A DNA stretch of 64,000 nucleotides from Mobula birostris (Eukaryota), in the NCBI RefSeq assembly GCF_030028105.1, contig NC_092379.1, forward strand, positions 24,979,821-25,043,820. The letters run 5' to 3'. Of the stretch, positions 49,540 through 61,800 are shown one piece after another (the stretch's first letter is position 1; each line of letters opens with the position of its first letter). The translations under genes were made by a program, and so were the position numbers. A model generated the notes under the pieces. It was not told the DNA's origin. It was given only the letters and a program-made list of their open reading frames with translations, and did not search any database.

Positions 49540-52100
49540 AGCCTACAACTTTCTTTGTCCACAATCGCCGAGGTGAGTTCGGGGCAGTCAAGGAATCCAT
49601 CTCTACTTTTTGTTTTATATTGCTTCATCAGGTATCTTCAAAATTTACCAATATGCTGCACGTAGCAAACGTCAGCTATACCATCCTTTGGGTAACTGCG
49701 GCTGGGTGTAATTATTTGGCACTCCTGATTCATCCATTTAGGCGGATCGTTGAGCAGGGAATTATACCAGTCGGTTCTGTAATGGTACGAACCTCCTCTC
49801 CAACCTGCAGGAACTGGGGAGTCCCCGAAGTTGATTGGCTCAGCGGTCAACTTTTCCCCTTTTTCCAATAGATTCTTCTGGCGTGTCTTACCGGGACACT
49901 AGACATTGCCGTCACCGGATAGAAATATGCCAGGGGCATACCCCTTTTGAAGGTGCACTCCCTCTTCGTAGTGCTTCTGACAATCACTGACATCTGGCTT
50001 GCCTGTACAACTAAAGGATTCTGCAATTCGGGCCTCTACTGTACCCCAACAGAAAATCTCGACTCCCTTTCGTTGTCTTCTGGATCGTCCACTACGAATG
50101 TTTCGCCCTTAGGCACTCTGGGAAATTTGGGTTTCGGCAACGCGCACGCAACTTCCCCGGGCCTTGCTACGATGGTTTCGACTGGGTAAAGCACACATTC
50201 CCTTGTCAAAATTCGTTTTCCGGCCTGATTCAGCATTGTACCTCCGCAAAAAGCATCTCAAAGCACCGGGTACACGGTCAATGTTCCCAGAAAGCTCCCG
50301 CCAGCCTTTTCCTTGCAGGTCCCCCTGGAGCCTCTTCACAAGAGGTTTGTTGGTCCCCACCAGAATTGAAACGCTGTTCATATCAAAAGGGTCCAAACAA
50401 ATAAGCACCAATGTACATGGACGTCAGATACTCCCACATCGGCATCGGAGAACGCCAACTTCTCAGACAAATCACCGTCGTATGGATAACCGCTGGCACA
50501 AAGATCCCAGATCTCTAGTGCACTAAATGGTGTCAATGGTAAATTCTTCAGATACCGGTTGTACAAAGATCGGTACGACAACGCGTCCTGCGACCCAGTG
50601 TCGAGTATGGGTTTAACATAAATACCCTCTACTCGTAGCGAAATACTGGAACATAGACCGATTAAGCCTTCAGGAATTGGGTATTTCACTTTCCAGTGTT
50701 CCTTGGTACATCGCTGGGAACGTGTTCCCACACAGACAACTAGCCGTTCCCTCACTGTGTTTCCTCTAAGTTTTCCCAACGACTCTCTCTGCTTAGGTAC
50801 CCGGGGGCTCACTCTCCTTCTCACGTGACACCTGCTGCCGGCAGACCACTACATTGTTCGTCCCCCTGGGGAATACGCAGCCCCCATCATCTCCATCATA
50901 TGGGAGGGAAGGGGCTCACACCCACTGATAACAGCCGAAACATCTCAGTTCTCAACGCTGCCACAATCTCCTCTACTGCTCCCAGGGTAGGTTATCTGTT
51001 GTTATTTCACCGCATGGGACTACTACCGAGGATGATACCCTGCCGACGCAGCCATCCTGCGCCACCGCCACGTTCTGCTCTTCCCGTACTTCTCTGATCA
51101 GCTCAGCAAAAAGATGGAGTGTGCACGTCTTACGAGGCTGTCGAGGACCCGAAGCAATCAGGTCATTGCACTGGGCGCCCCTGGCTACCTGCTCCATTCT
51201 TAACTGATTCACCTCATCTGTCTGAATGACTCATCTGCTCTGCAAGCAATCTTGCTGCCTCTCTTGCCGAAACTAAAAGCAGAAACCTTCTCCCCCTTTT
51301 GACGCATGTTCTGAAGCCCCACTATTTACTCCATTGGGCATCCCATCGGACCAAAGGCGCTGTTCACTGCTTGCACATAATTGACAGCTGTTGCTGCGGG
51401 AAACTGCAGCCTGACTGCTCTCACAATGTCAGCGGCCCACCCTTCAAACGTTCCACCAATCTCTGTCGCTTTACATCATCAGAACAATACCACTTATCTA
51501 ACAACTGAGAGGTCGGCTCCGGATAACACTCATACTCCTGCTTTCTGTTAGGGCTGGGCGTTATTCCAGAGAATAGGCGGAGCCTGCCATAGCTGGGGTT
51601 TGAATCTGATTTTTACATTTAATCGCCAGAGAAGTAAGAGCCGATACTAACTCAGAATTCTCACCCTTCACTGGGGGACGTGGACAGATTCCAAATCCGA
51701 CCAATCTTTCCTCGGACTCCACAGAAACAAGCTAGCACTGCCTTTGGTATCTCCGTCCCCAGCTATAGCTACCTCAGCGTTGCTGTGCATTAGAACGAGA
51801 GCTGTGGCAGCCATTTTAACAAACCTCTGCCCACAATCACAACGTTAACAGAACTAAACAGGCGAATTGACAATTCATCTGGAGTACAGTTATCTATCCC
51901 ACTGGTTCATTGCTCTGGGTAATCACACAGTATACAACGGAATCACGCCGGAACCAGCCCCCACAATTGTAACTCTCGTTTCGGCTAATGGCTTAATATA
52001 ATGGGTGATAGCCCCGGGCCCGGCCAAACTTAAGAAATCCCATTTGGGTGGATGCTGCGCGATGTGTTCCCTGGTACAAATCACCACCGTGAAGTAACAA
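49540..52100 (-). mobile_element. Ty3/Gypsy LTR retrotransposon remnant (PNMA-like gag + aspartic protease)
   Basis: Gag-like NQLRMEQVARGAQCNDLIA..FAELIREVREE (50973-51212) and protease motif ILDTGSQ (50378-50824). Frameshifted; truncated before RT; LTR not delimited. Confidence 0.82.
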
Positions 52101-52429
52101 ACATACACAATATGCGATTAAATGCTTGAACTTTATAATTGTAACTGTGACCATATGGTTAGTACAGAATATAGCAAAAAAAAAAAAAAAAAAAAAAAGA
52201 AAAATGGCCCATTCTCATGAGACAGTTTATTGCACAATGTTGGAGCTCACTGATAAGCCGGTCGTCCGACATCGACCTCCTCTGATCATCGCTGACCTTC
52301 GGACCCTTGCTCCATGTTCATTCCGTCCGGTGGTCTACAAGCTCTCTCCATTGACGTCTTCTCTCCTCGTCTCTCCCAGGCACAGAACCGCGAAAATCTA
52401 CCTTCCAGACTCACGAGAAAGAGCGCTGG

Positions 52430-52632
52430 AGAGCCGGAACATTCCAAACCCCGTTATCTCTCGTCAATTTTTAGCGAATAGACTGGTCCTGGACATTTTC
52501 CCATCTGACATAGTTTGCATTTGTTGTATGATTGTTTGTGTTTTTTTGTATTGCTATATTTATGCTCTATTCTTGGGTGGTGCGGCTGTAACGAAACCCA
52601 ATTTCCCTCGGGATCAGTAAAATCTATCTATC
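52430..52632 (+). mobile_element. Probable non-LTR retroelement 3' end (Rex1/L2-like)
   Basis: Ends ..ctgtaacgaaacccaatttccctcgggatcagtaaaatctatcta, a stem-loop plus short-repeat tail typical of fish LINE 3' ends; family from recollection only. Confidence 0.4.
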
Positions 52633-52749
52633 CAATCATTGTTGCTACAGAGAAACCATTGCATTAGCCGTGAAACCTTACAGCATGTTACACAAAAAAG
52701 ATACAGGAGTGGAATGCTATGGCTTTGAAAGGCAATGACGAGAATTCAC

Positions 52750-53300
52750 GTCGAGCATTGTTAAGTCATTCTGGGGTCCTCATCTAAGAAAAAGGTGTGC
52801 TGGCATTTGCCAGGCTACAGGGGAAGTCCAGAAGCATGGTTCGGGTGATAAAAACGTTATCATATAAGAAACGTTTGATATCTCTGGTTCTATACTTGCT
52901 GGAAATTAGAAGGTTACGGGGACGGGGGGATCTTAATGAAGTCTTTAGGTTGTCTAAAGGCGCACAGAGCGTCGATGAAGAAAGGACGCTTTCATTGGGA
53001 AGGAGTCCACGACAGAAGGGCACATCCTCAGGACAGAGAGGCTCCCATTTAAAACAGAGCTGCGCAAAATTTACTTTCGCCCGAGTGTGGTGAATTTCTG
53101 GAATTTATTACTGCAGGTAGTTGCGGTGGCCAGTTCGTTGAGTAGCTTTAACGCAGAGCGTGAAAGATTCTTGATTGGATGCAGCATCAAATGTTACAGG
53201 GGAAGGCAGGGGAATGGGGCTGGGGATTGTGTGGATCAGCCATGACTGAATGGTAGAGGAGACTCGATGGGCCAAATGTCGCAATTCTGCTCTTAGCGTA
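52750..53300 (+). mobile_element. Degenerate CR1 3' fragment
   Basis: ORF 52797-53093 resembles the RT C-terminus (LEIRRLRGRGDLNEVF); CR1-type 3' UTR follows. Confidence 0.7.
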
Positions 53301-55224
53301 ATGTAGTCTTATGGAAAAGACTATTCCTTTGCGTATTTGCGGTGGACACGGGAGAACTGAAAGACGTGGAAGTTGTTTTTTTTTTTGCAAATGACAGAAT
53401 GGAAGACTGTATAATCCGCATAGCTGTCAGAGTCAGGGAGAGTCTGCACTTTGTGTTTCGTCCTCATCCTCATTCCCTCACATGCTTACGCTCGCTCTTC
53501 ATATTTTTCTGTCAAGTTGATGAAGGGTGTCGAACCATCAATTGTCCTCTTTTCCATAAATGCTGCTTTGCCTGCTGAGTTCCTACAGCAATGAGTGCTT
53601 TGGTTGGATTTCCAAGATGTGCATATTTTCTCTTGCTTGAATGTGCCAATATATTTTTTGAATGTAATAATTTATTGTTCGTGGTTAAGCTATGGAAATG
53701 TTCTGACTTGGATATCCGTAACAGACAAGTGTGCCCTCTATTAAATAAAACAGAGCAAGCCAAACGAAATAGAACGCCAATAAGCTTTTAATGAATTTGG
53801 TTTCCTGTCAGTGGAATGCTTCATGATGTGAATAGCCACGCCTCGATTCTATGCCCATTTTTGCGTGTCTCCTTATTTTCTATGTCGGTTTGAATCCAAC
53901 ACTAGTGGCCTTACCCTCGACAAATTCTGCATTTGCAATTTGATCTGCAGGAGAGGGAAGCATTTCCAAAAATTTCAATGCCATGATTACCCAGAATGAT
54001 ACATAACAGGATATAACTCCGCAGAGTTATTTGACAGAAGTATGCGAACTGATAGACTGTTAATTTTTCCTGGGGGGGGGGGAGAAAAAAGAACTCTCAC
54101 TGAGTACCCTTTCCTATCTTCATTCAGCGTCAAACAAGCTCACTGAATGGTCTGTGAATGCCGGTTCTTCACTGTTGTTTTTTTTTATTATTATTGATTT
54201 TATATATAGTGTCAGTGGATATAGCAAAAAACAAACAAAAAAAAAACAAACAAACTTTCTCAGATGTACTATTCATCGTGGTTCCTGGAGGAACACTTAG
54301 GCATCAGGCAGCATATCGGCTTAATTTCTACTTATAGCAGGTCTTTAGTATCTATAGGGGGAACTGTATTTGCAGTCCACTTAGTTTGTCCTGCCACAAT
54401 AAACGTGCAGTCTTCGCGTGAGCTGAATCGATTCTAGCGTCTCACAGATTTTGCACTAAAACATTTATTTCTGCTTGACTTCCGTTTCTTGAAAGACATC
54501 ACGCGATAACTGACTTTTTGAATACAATACATTCCTTTACTGGAGAGGCATGGACATGTTTTCCCGTCGCTGATGACGTCGGATAACGACATCATGTGCT
54601 TCACTTCTGCCTGACAGACGCTCAGCAGGTTTCTGAAACATTCAGTTTTCTTGCAAGAGTGACATCGAAAATGCGAGTGTTTTTGCCCGGAGCGACGTTG
54701 GCAACATTCATTATTCGTAAGAGTATTAAGTCCTCTACATAGTTGAAAATATAATCAGATGGAATTTTCAACGTTATTTGAACTACTGTTGTTATTTTTG
54801 GAACAAACGTAATAACTCATATATATCATGTTACCTTGAAGATTAAAATGTTATTTTTATATAATTTTATGAGCGGTGCGTATTCTACGAAACTTGTTAG
54901 ATTATGTTTTAATCCATCCGGGGAATAGAAATGTTAGTGCCTTACATAAATGTTAGTATGTAATGATCACTGAAAGCATTACTACCTCATTGCACCATGC
55001 AGAATGATTTCAAAAAATAGCATTTATTCGCTTATAAACTCCATCCGTGAATATATAAGAAAGTTGTTTTTATTATTTTCTCGATATACAACGCTCACTG
55101 ATGGAACAGACGGTTTAAAACTATAAACAGAATTAAAAGAAAAAAAATGGACCGATGTACAGGGAAAAAAAAACTGGGGGATTTAGTCAAATGTGAAAGC
55201 TTGGCTGAAATCTGCTGACAGCCA

Positions 55225-55259
55225 ATGGGTATTTGCTGCTAAAGTCCTGTTTCTCTTTG
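55225..55259 (+). other. Probable leader exon of the 55363 V, out of frame by one G
   Basis: ATGGGTATTTGCTGCTAAAGTCCTGTTTCTCTTTG|GTATGA is 35 nt. Removing one G gives MVFAAKVLFLF-G, phase 1, across a 103-nt intron. Confidence 0.55.
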
Positions 55260-55362
55260 GTATGAAGTTAATTCTGTACAGCATTCACTACAATACTGCT
55301 ATGGTATTTCTAATCAATATGGACCTTAAAATTACATTTTTTATTTTTGGAATCTTTACCAG

Positions 55363-55666
55363 GTATGTGTTATGCTGTCTCCGTAACACAGGAGGAAAGC
55401 TCGATTAAAACAACAGAAGGGGAAACTATCACTTTAACCTGTTCCTACAGCAATAAAGGTTATTACTTATTCTGGTATCGCCAGTTCACAAGTAGACATC
55501 CTGAGTTTGTCGTTCGGAGATACACTGATGGCACTTCTGATTATAAATCGAAATTCGCTGTCGACCGGTTTTCCGACGTCATGCTTCAATCGGTGCTGAG
55601 CTATCAATTGACCATCTCAAGGCTGCGAATGTCTGATACAGCGGTGTATTACTGTGCAGTGAGACT
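55363..55666 (+). CDS. TCR alpha/delta-type V exon, open and structurally intact
   Basis: Acceptor AG 55361-62. GMCYAVSVTQEESSIKTTEGETITLTCSYSNKGYYLFWYRQFTSRHPEFVVRRYTDG..QLTISRLRMSDTAVYYCAVRL has both Cys, WYRQ and DTAVYYC. Alpha versus delta cannot be decided from sequence alone. Confidence 0.92.
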
Positions 55667-55704
55667 CACAGTGTGGGAACTTTATAGAAACTAATACAAT
55701 AACT
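55667..55704 (+). other. 23-type RSS of the intact V
   Basis: Perfect CACAGTG (55667-73), 22-nt spacer, ACAATAACT (55696-704). Confidence 0.9.
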
Positions 55705-56044
55705 ATCTGGGGCACAGCTGCTCTCTGGTCGGGTATATAGATGAATCCGCCTCTGACTGCAGAACCAAAACGGAACTGAAGGCTCAGAAGAGGGCAAGAG
55801 TTGGAAATTGTTCTCGTGGCTTTTTGACTTCCAGTAGCAGCAGGGTCTTCTTTCTTTGAGGTATATATCCATTTTTTTCTGCTGGAAATCAATTGATCAG
55901 TAAACTAGTATAATTAACCGATATTAACTGCTTCACAAATGCATAATGCAGAAAAGAAAAGATTAGTGATCGATTTAAATGCTGCTATGGCGTGCACCAA
56001 TGTTGGAGTGGATGGACAAGAGCCGAAGGGATTAAACTTGGAGC

Positions 56045-56265
56045 AAGCAACACATATCAATGTTGCTGGTGAACGCAGCAGGCCAGGCAGCATTTGATAT
56101 CTCTTACTAGCTCTTCCTTCAGTTAGTCCTGACGAAGGGTCTCGGCCTGAAACGTCGACTGTACCTCTTCCTAGAGATGCTGCCTGGCCTGCTGCGTTCA
56201 CCAGCAACTTTGATGTGTGTTGCTTGAATTTCCAACATCTGCAGAATTCCTGTTGTTTGCGTTTT
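56045..56265 (+). mobile_element. Penelope-like terminal repeat with 49-bp inverted arms
   Basis: 56045-56093 is the reverse complement of 56177-56225 (2 mismatches); the loop holds a hammerhead motif. Confidence 0.8.
56125..56160 (+). ncRNA. Minimal hammerhead ribozyme motif (PLE-type)
   Basis: AGTC-CTGACGA-AGGgtctcggCCT-GAAAC-GTC-GACT: intact core, stems I and II, palindromic stem III. Confidence 0.75.
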
Positions 56266-56987
56266 TTAAACTTGGAACACATTCTGTTCAAAACAATAGC
56301 AGTCCTCCTGTCAAATTTAGGACTTGTTTCTCAATCTCTGTGCCAATGTGAATTCCTTTCTCCAGAGTTTTGGCTTTTGTTTTTTTTCTCCTAGCGAACC
56401 ATAATCTGACCAGAGTAAATAAGGAGCAGAGATCTCTGCTTGAATATACAATCTATAATCGATATTGTTGTGTAGCATTACCAGTATTTGTATTGTTACT
56501 TGACATCAATGTATAATTCCACTCTCTGTTGATGATTGAATTGCGAAATTTCCAGGTTTGTAACATTGGTCCCTAAACACTCTGTTGTATTTATTTTTGT
56601 TTAAATTGCAAAGTGCGTATCTATGTAATATGCAGGCAATCATCGAATAACAGGAAGCTGTTTTTTTTTTTGCTAAATAATTGCACTATAAATTCGTAAA
56701 CATGCAGCTAAGCTGTTGTTATTCTGATATTCGAGATTCGAAAATGAGTGGCCGTTCTGAACATATTATGTATGGAATGCATTGTCTGGTCATTTATCAA
56801 TTGACCGACAGAAAGCAAAAATACAAAAAGGCTTTCAGTGAAGTTGTAGGGGATCAGGCAATTTCGTTGTGCAGACATTTGGAAATGGCTTGCAGGCCGA
56901 AATTAATAAACGACGTTATTTAGTCAAAACAATGGCATAATTGGTTAACTGGGTATATTCCTATTTTTTCCGTGTAAATCGCCACAG

Positions 56988-57410
56988 GCACAATCCTGTT
57001 GTTAATAATTGTCACCAGCTGAAAGCACACGAAAGAAGGACAGAAAGTAAACAAGAATGCAAATAGCAACAATGCACTGAAGTTCGAATGTTTGGAAAAA
57101 TATTGGTCTGGTGTTGCTGAGCTTTGCGACAAAGATCGTCCTAACGGCCATGAATGCTACCTTGCAAATCATCAATATTCCAATCGTACTGATATGAGTT
57201 TCTTCCGAATACCCGGACCATAACTGTCGGCATGTGTTGTTTTGATTTCCAACTTCTGCAGATTTGTTCTTGCTTCTAATGTCTTCATCTGCCCGACAAG
57301 ATATTGCAATGGAAATATTTATGTCAGAATGGAAAAGTTTGGAATTTTGGAACGTTAATGCTTATCTATCTGCCTTTCAACAGACTACGGTACACGTCGG
57401 CATGTCGAAC
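56988..57410 (+). pseudogene. Possible decayed TCR V segment
   Basis: Acceptor ..gccacag; TKEGQKVNKN (FR1-like); GTC TGG TGT..CGA CAA AGA TCG TCC TAA CGG CCA (FR2-like); YLSAFQQTTVH (FR3-like). Interrupted by a short PLE-tail insert (~57230-57290) and cut by CR1 at 57447. Confidence 0.38.
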
Positions 57411-57446
57411 AGCAAGAAAGAAGTTAGTAGTTATGCTACTTCTTGT

Positions 57447-59797
57447 AGGGGAACACTTTGGTTCCAGTGATCATAACACCATTAGTTTCAACTTGATCAT
57501 GGATAAAGATAGATCTGGTCCTCGGATTTGGGTTTTAACCTGGAAAAAATGCCAAGCATGAAGAAATGAGAAAGGATATAAAAAGCGTGGATTGGGACCG
57601 GATGTTCTCTGGCAAGGATGTGATTGGTAAAGTGGAAGGGCTTCAAAGGAGTCATTTTGAGAGTGCCGAGTTTGTATGTTCCTGTCAGGATTATAGGCAA
57701 AGTGAATAAGAATAAGGAAACTTGGTTCTCGAGGGATATTGAGACTCTGATAAAGAAGAAAAGAGAGATTTATGGCATGTATAAGAAACAGGGAGCAAAT
57801 AAGGTGCTTGAAGAGTATAAAAACTGCAAAGAAATGCTTAAGAAGGAAATCAGGAAGGATAAAATAAGGCATGAGTTTGCTTTGGCAGTCAAGGTTAAGG
57901 ACAATGCAAAGAACTTCTACAGGTATATTAAGAGCAAAAAGGATAAAATTGGTCTTCTTGAAGATCAGAGTGGTCGGCTATGAATGGAACCAAAAGAAGT
58001 GGGTGAGATCTTATATGTTCGTTTATTTATTTATTTATTTATTTGCGTCTGTATTTACTAAGGACACTGGCATGGAGTCAATGGAAATAAGGCAAGGAAG
58101 TAGCCAGGTCATGGAACCTATACAGATTCAGGAAGAGGAGGTGCTTGCTATCTTGAGGAAAATCAGAGTAGATAAATCCCCAGGATCTGACAGGGTAGTC
58201 ATTCCGACCTTGAGGGCGACAGGTGTTGAAAATGCAGGGGCCCGGGAAGATATATTTAAAATGTTGGTGTCTGCCGGTGAGGTGCCGGAGGATTGGAGGG
58301 TAGCTCATGTTGTTCCGTTATTTAAAAAAAAAAAATAAATAGATAAATAAAACATGCTCTAAAAGTAATCTGGGAAATTATAGGCTGGTAAATTTGACGT
58401 CAGTAATTGGTAAATTATTGGAAGAAGTACTGAGAAATAGGATCTCCAAGTATTTGCATTGACAGAGACTTATTAGGGAGAGTCACACGGCTTTGTGCGT
58501 TTCAGGTCATGTTTAACCAATCTATTAGAGTTTTTCGAGGTAGTAACCAGGAAGGTGGAGGAAAGGGAGGCAGCGTATGTTGCCTACATGGAATTCAGTA
58601 AGGCCTGTGACAAGGTCCTGCATGGGAGGTTAGTTAGGAAGATTCAGTCGCTAGGTGTACATGGTGAGGTAGTAAACTAGATTAGACATTGACTCAATGG
58701 AAGAAGCCAGAGAGTGGTAGTGGGTGATTGCTTCTCTGAGTGGAGGTTGTGACTAGTGGTGTGCCACAGGGACTAGCACTGGGTCCATTGTAATTTGTTA
58801 TCTACATAAATGATCGGGATAATAATGTGGTAAATTAGAGCAGAAAATTTGCTGATGATACAAAGATTGGCGGTGTGGTGGACAGCGAGGAATGTTTTCA
58901 AAGCTTGCAGAGGGAATTAGAACAGCTGGACAGAAATGGGCTGAAAATGGGCTGAAAAATGACAGATGGAATTTAATACAGACAACTGTGAGGTATTGCA
59001 CTTTGGAAGCACAAGCCAAGGTAGAACATACAAGGTAAATGGTAGGGAGCTGATGAGTGCAGTAGAACAGAGGGCTCTGAGAACACAGATACAAAATTCC
59101 CTGAAAGTAGGACACAGGTAGGCAAGGTCGTAAAGAGAACTTTTGGTATATTGGCCTTTTTCAATCCAACATATTGAATAAAAGTGTTGGAATGTTATGG
59201 TGGAAATGTATAAGGCATTGGTGAGGCCTAATTTGGAGTATTGTGTACAGTTTTGGTCACCAAATTACAGGAAGGATATTAATATGGTTGAAAGAGTGCA
59301 GAGAAGGTTTACAAGGATGTTGCCGGGATTTGAGAACCTGAGTTAAATAGAAACGTTGAATAAGTTAGGACTTTATTCCCTGGAGCGTAGAGGAATGAGG
59401 GGAGATTTGATAGAGGTACTTACAATTATGATGGGTATAGATAGAGTGAACGCAAGCAAGCATTTTCCACTGATGCCAGGGGATAGGAAAAAATAAACTG
59501 AGGACCTGGGTTAAGGAGGAAGGGGGGAAAGTTTAAAAGGAACATGACGGGGGTGGGGCGGATCTGCTTCACACGAAGAGTGGTGGGAGTGTGGAATGAG
59601 TTGCCAGATGAAGTGGTAAATGCGGGCTCACTTTTAACATTTAGCAACATTGAATAGGTAGATGTATGAGAAGTGTGTGGAGGGATATGGTCCAGTTGCA
59701 GGTCAGTGGAACTAGGCAGAAAAATGGTTTGGCACAGCCAGGAAGGGCCAACAGGCCTGTTTCTGTGCTGTAATGTTCTCTGGTTCTATGGTTCTAA
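57447..59797 (+). mobile_element. 5'-truncated CR1 LINE (same subfamily as 41345-45370)
   Basis: Starts at GEHFGSSDHN, continues through RT, ends with ttctctggttctatggttct tail. Confidence 0.92.
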
Positions 59798-60012
59798 AAG
59801 TTAAGCAGATATTGTTTGAGATAAATGTTCAGTAGTGCACCTCGCGACCTGCTTCACGGTCTTCAAATATCACTTATATACTTAGAAACAATACGTGGGC
59901 ATGTATATCTGTTCTTTAATGCAGATATCAAACAGCAAATCATGTGTCTGTATCCTAATTCACAGAGACACGTAAAACTGTTCAGTAATTTCAGTTCAGG
60001 CCATATAACAGT

Positions 60013-60470
60013 ATGTGGAAGAAAATATCAGTCTTTTGTCTCTGTTTCTCTCTGCGGAAAGAAAAGGCTTGTGCTTTACATGAACATTTAGCTGCAATGA
60101 ACCCTGAAATCATTTACAGCTGCTTGATGTTATGTAAACAGTATTCAATCTTCTGTTATTATTCCCTTATTAAATGCGTAACGTCTGAAAGAATAGAAAT
60201 CGATTTAAACGATGAGCAGAGCGAGAAAGGTGTGAACATAATCAGAGGTGAATATATTTGGAAAAAATGTTGCACAGAAGTTTGTTTTACTACCTGTTCA
60301 TTTCAGCATTTACTTCATTATCGGTACTCCCACTTCTCAAGGTGAATTCCTGGTTCCAAGATGTTGGTGATATCGGTGAAGCACAAACAGACCAGAGGGG
60401 AAAAGCGACCAAAAAATCTTGCTGAAAAGACGTTGAATCATCAACGGCAATTCTGGTGTATATTTTGCAT
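60013..60470 (+). pseudogene. Decayed TCR V segment with leader relic
   Basis: 43-nt leader MWKKISVFCLCFSL+C with dead donor GGAAAG; DEQSEKGVNII; HLLH-YR; GEFLVPR; AAT TCT GGT GTA TAT TTT (T)GC resembles DSGVYFC at 60449-68. Confidence 0.45.
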
Positions 60471-60799
60471 CATTTTTGTAATGTTTTTATTATTTCAGAA
60501 CACACATTTAATTGAAAGGAAGCACGGATGCGGAAATTTAGTGTGACTAGTGGAGTGATGACCTATGGTATTTATGAACCTTTGCATATAACTCACAATA
60601 AATTATTTAAACGAACAAAAATTGCATTATTACACACATATTACTGAAATGTCAAATGCACAACACTCCTCCCTACTTAGTTGTAACCCTCAAATTAACC
60701 CGCAATGCATCTGAGTTTACATGCATATGTATGCGTCCAGTGCATCGCCAATTTTAAACTTTCCCACCCAGGCCTTAAACATTCATCACTGTGTAGGAT

Positions 60800-61800
60800 T
60801 TTTTTCTTACATTTGTAGGATAACCTCATTCCTGAAAAAATGGGGCTTCACTCTGCTTGGCAGACAAGACGTGCTGCAAAATATTCCCATTTTCTGAGAC
60901 CTCTCCTTTGTGGCTCTTGGAGTTGACTCTGGCACTGCAGAAAGTTGTTCTGATAGTTCTAGGTACCTCTTGTAGGTAACACTTAACTCTGTTTTCCTCA
61001 TCTGATCGAAGTTTGGTCTCCAGATAACATCAAACGGAATCTCCACTGTGTGGAAGAGTGGCCTGTTTTGTTCTTAATATTTTCAAATAGCCATTTTTGC
61101 TCACCTATGTAGAACCTCGACAGGACTGTGTAGCCGAATGAAACATAGAACCTTCTTGTTTGAAGAGCTCATATCTTGTTTCGGCTCTTTATCCTGAATA
61201 TTCCTTCTGATATTGGCTCTAAGGAGCTCCATGCTTCAACGCAAAGATCGGCCCTGGATTCGCACAGTGGTCAGTTGCCGGTTTCTTTGAGATTTTTTGG
61301 CGAGCTCCTGATTCAGTTTCGATGTAGCACGTTAGGCTGACATCTATTCAGTGTTTTATTTAACCTCTAGACAATCATTTCCTCGTAGACATTTGTAGAT
61401 GTCTGGCACGACGCAGATGTAATATATCTGAGTTTGGTGATTTTCAGGAATGTCTGCCACTGATCCGTAACAAACGGTGGTCCATTGTGGCTGACTAAAT
61501 GTACCCGAACACCAGTCCTCGAGAAGCGATTTCTCAATTCTCCAGTAGTGTGCGAGGCTGTATTGCAGGCTGCTAGGAATACTTCTGGCCATAATGTGGC
61601 TGCATCGATAACGAACAAGAAATTTTGTACCCACGAATGGTCCGGCACAATCTGCATGAGTAGTCTGGTAGGGAAATGCACGACAATTCTATACTTGGAG
61701 TGGCGCTGCTCATGGCATGCCACGAAATGCAAGGCCAGCTGCTCGACCTCCTGAACTTTGCCAGAGGAACATAGAATATTTCGAGTGATCATCTCTGCCG
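60800..61800 (-). mobile_element. Ty3/Gypsy integrase remnant
   Basis: ORF 61367-61792 FLFVIDAATLWPEVF..LVSHNGPPFV..ITSASCQTSTN follows the rve D-D-E core pattern; VIWRPNFDQM (60807-61046) matches the integrase C-terminal motif. Confidence 0.85.
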
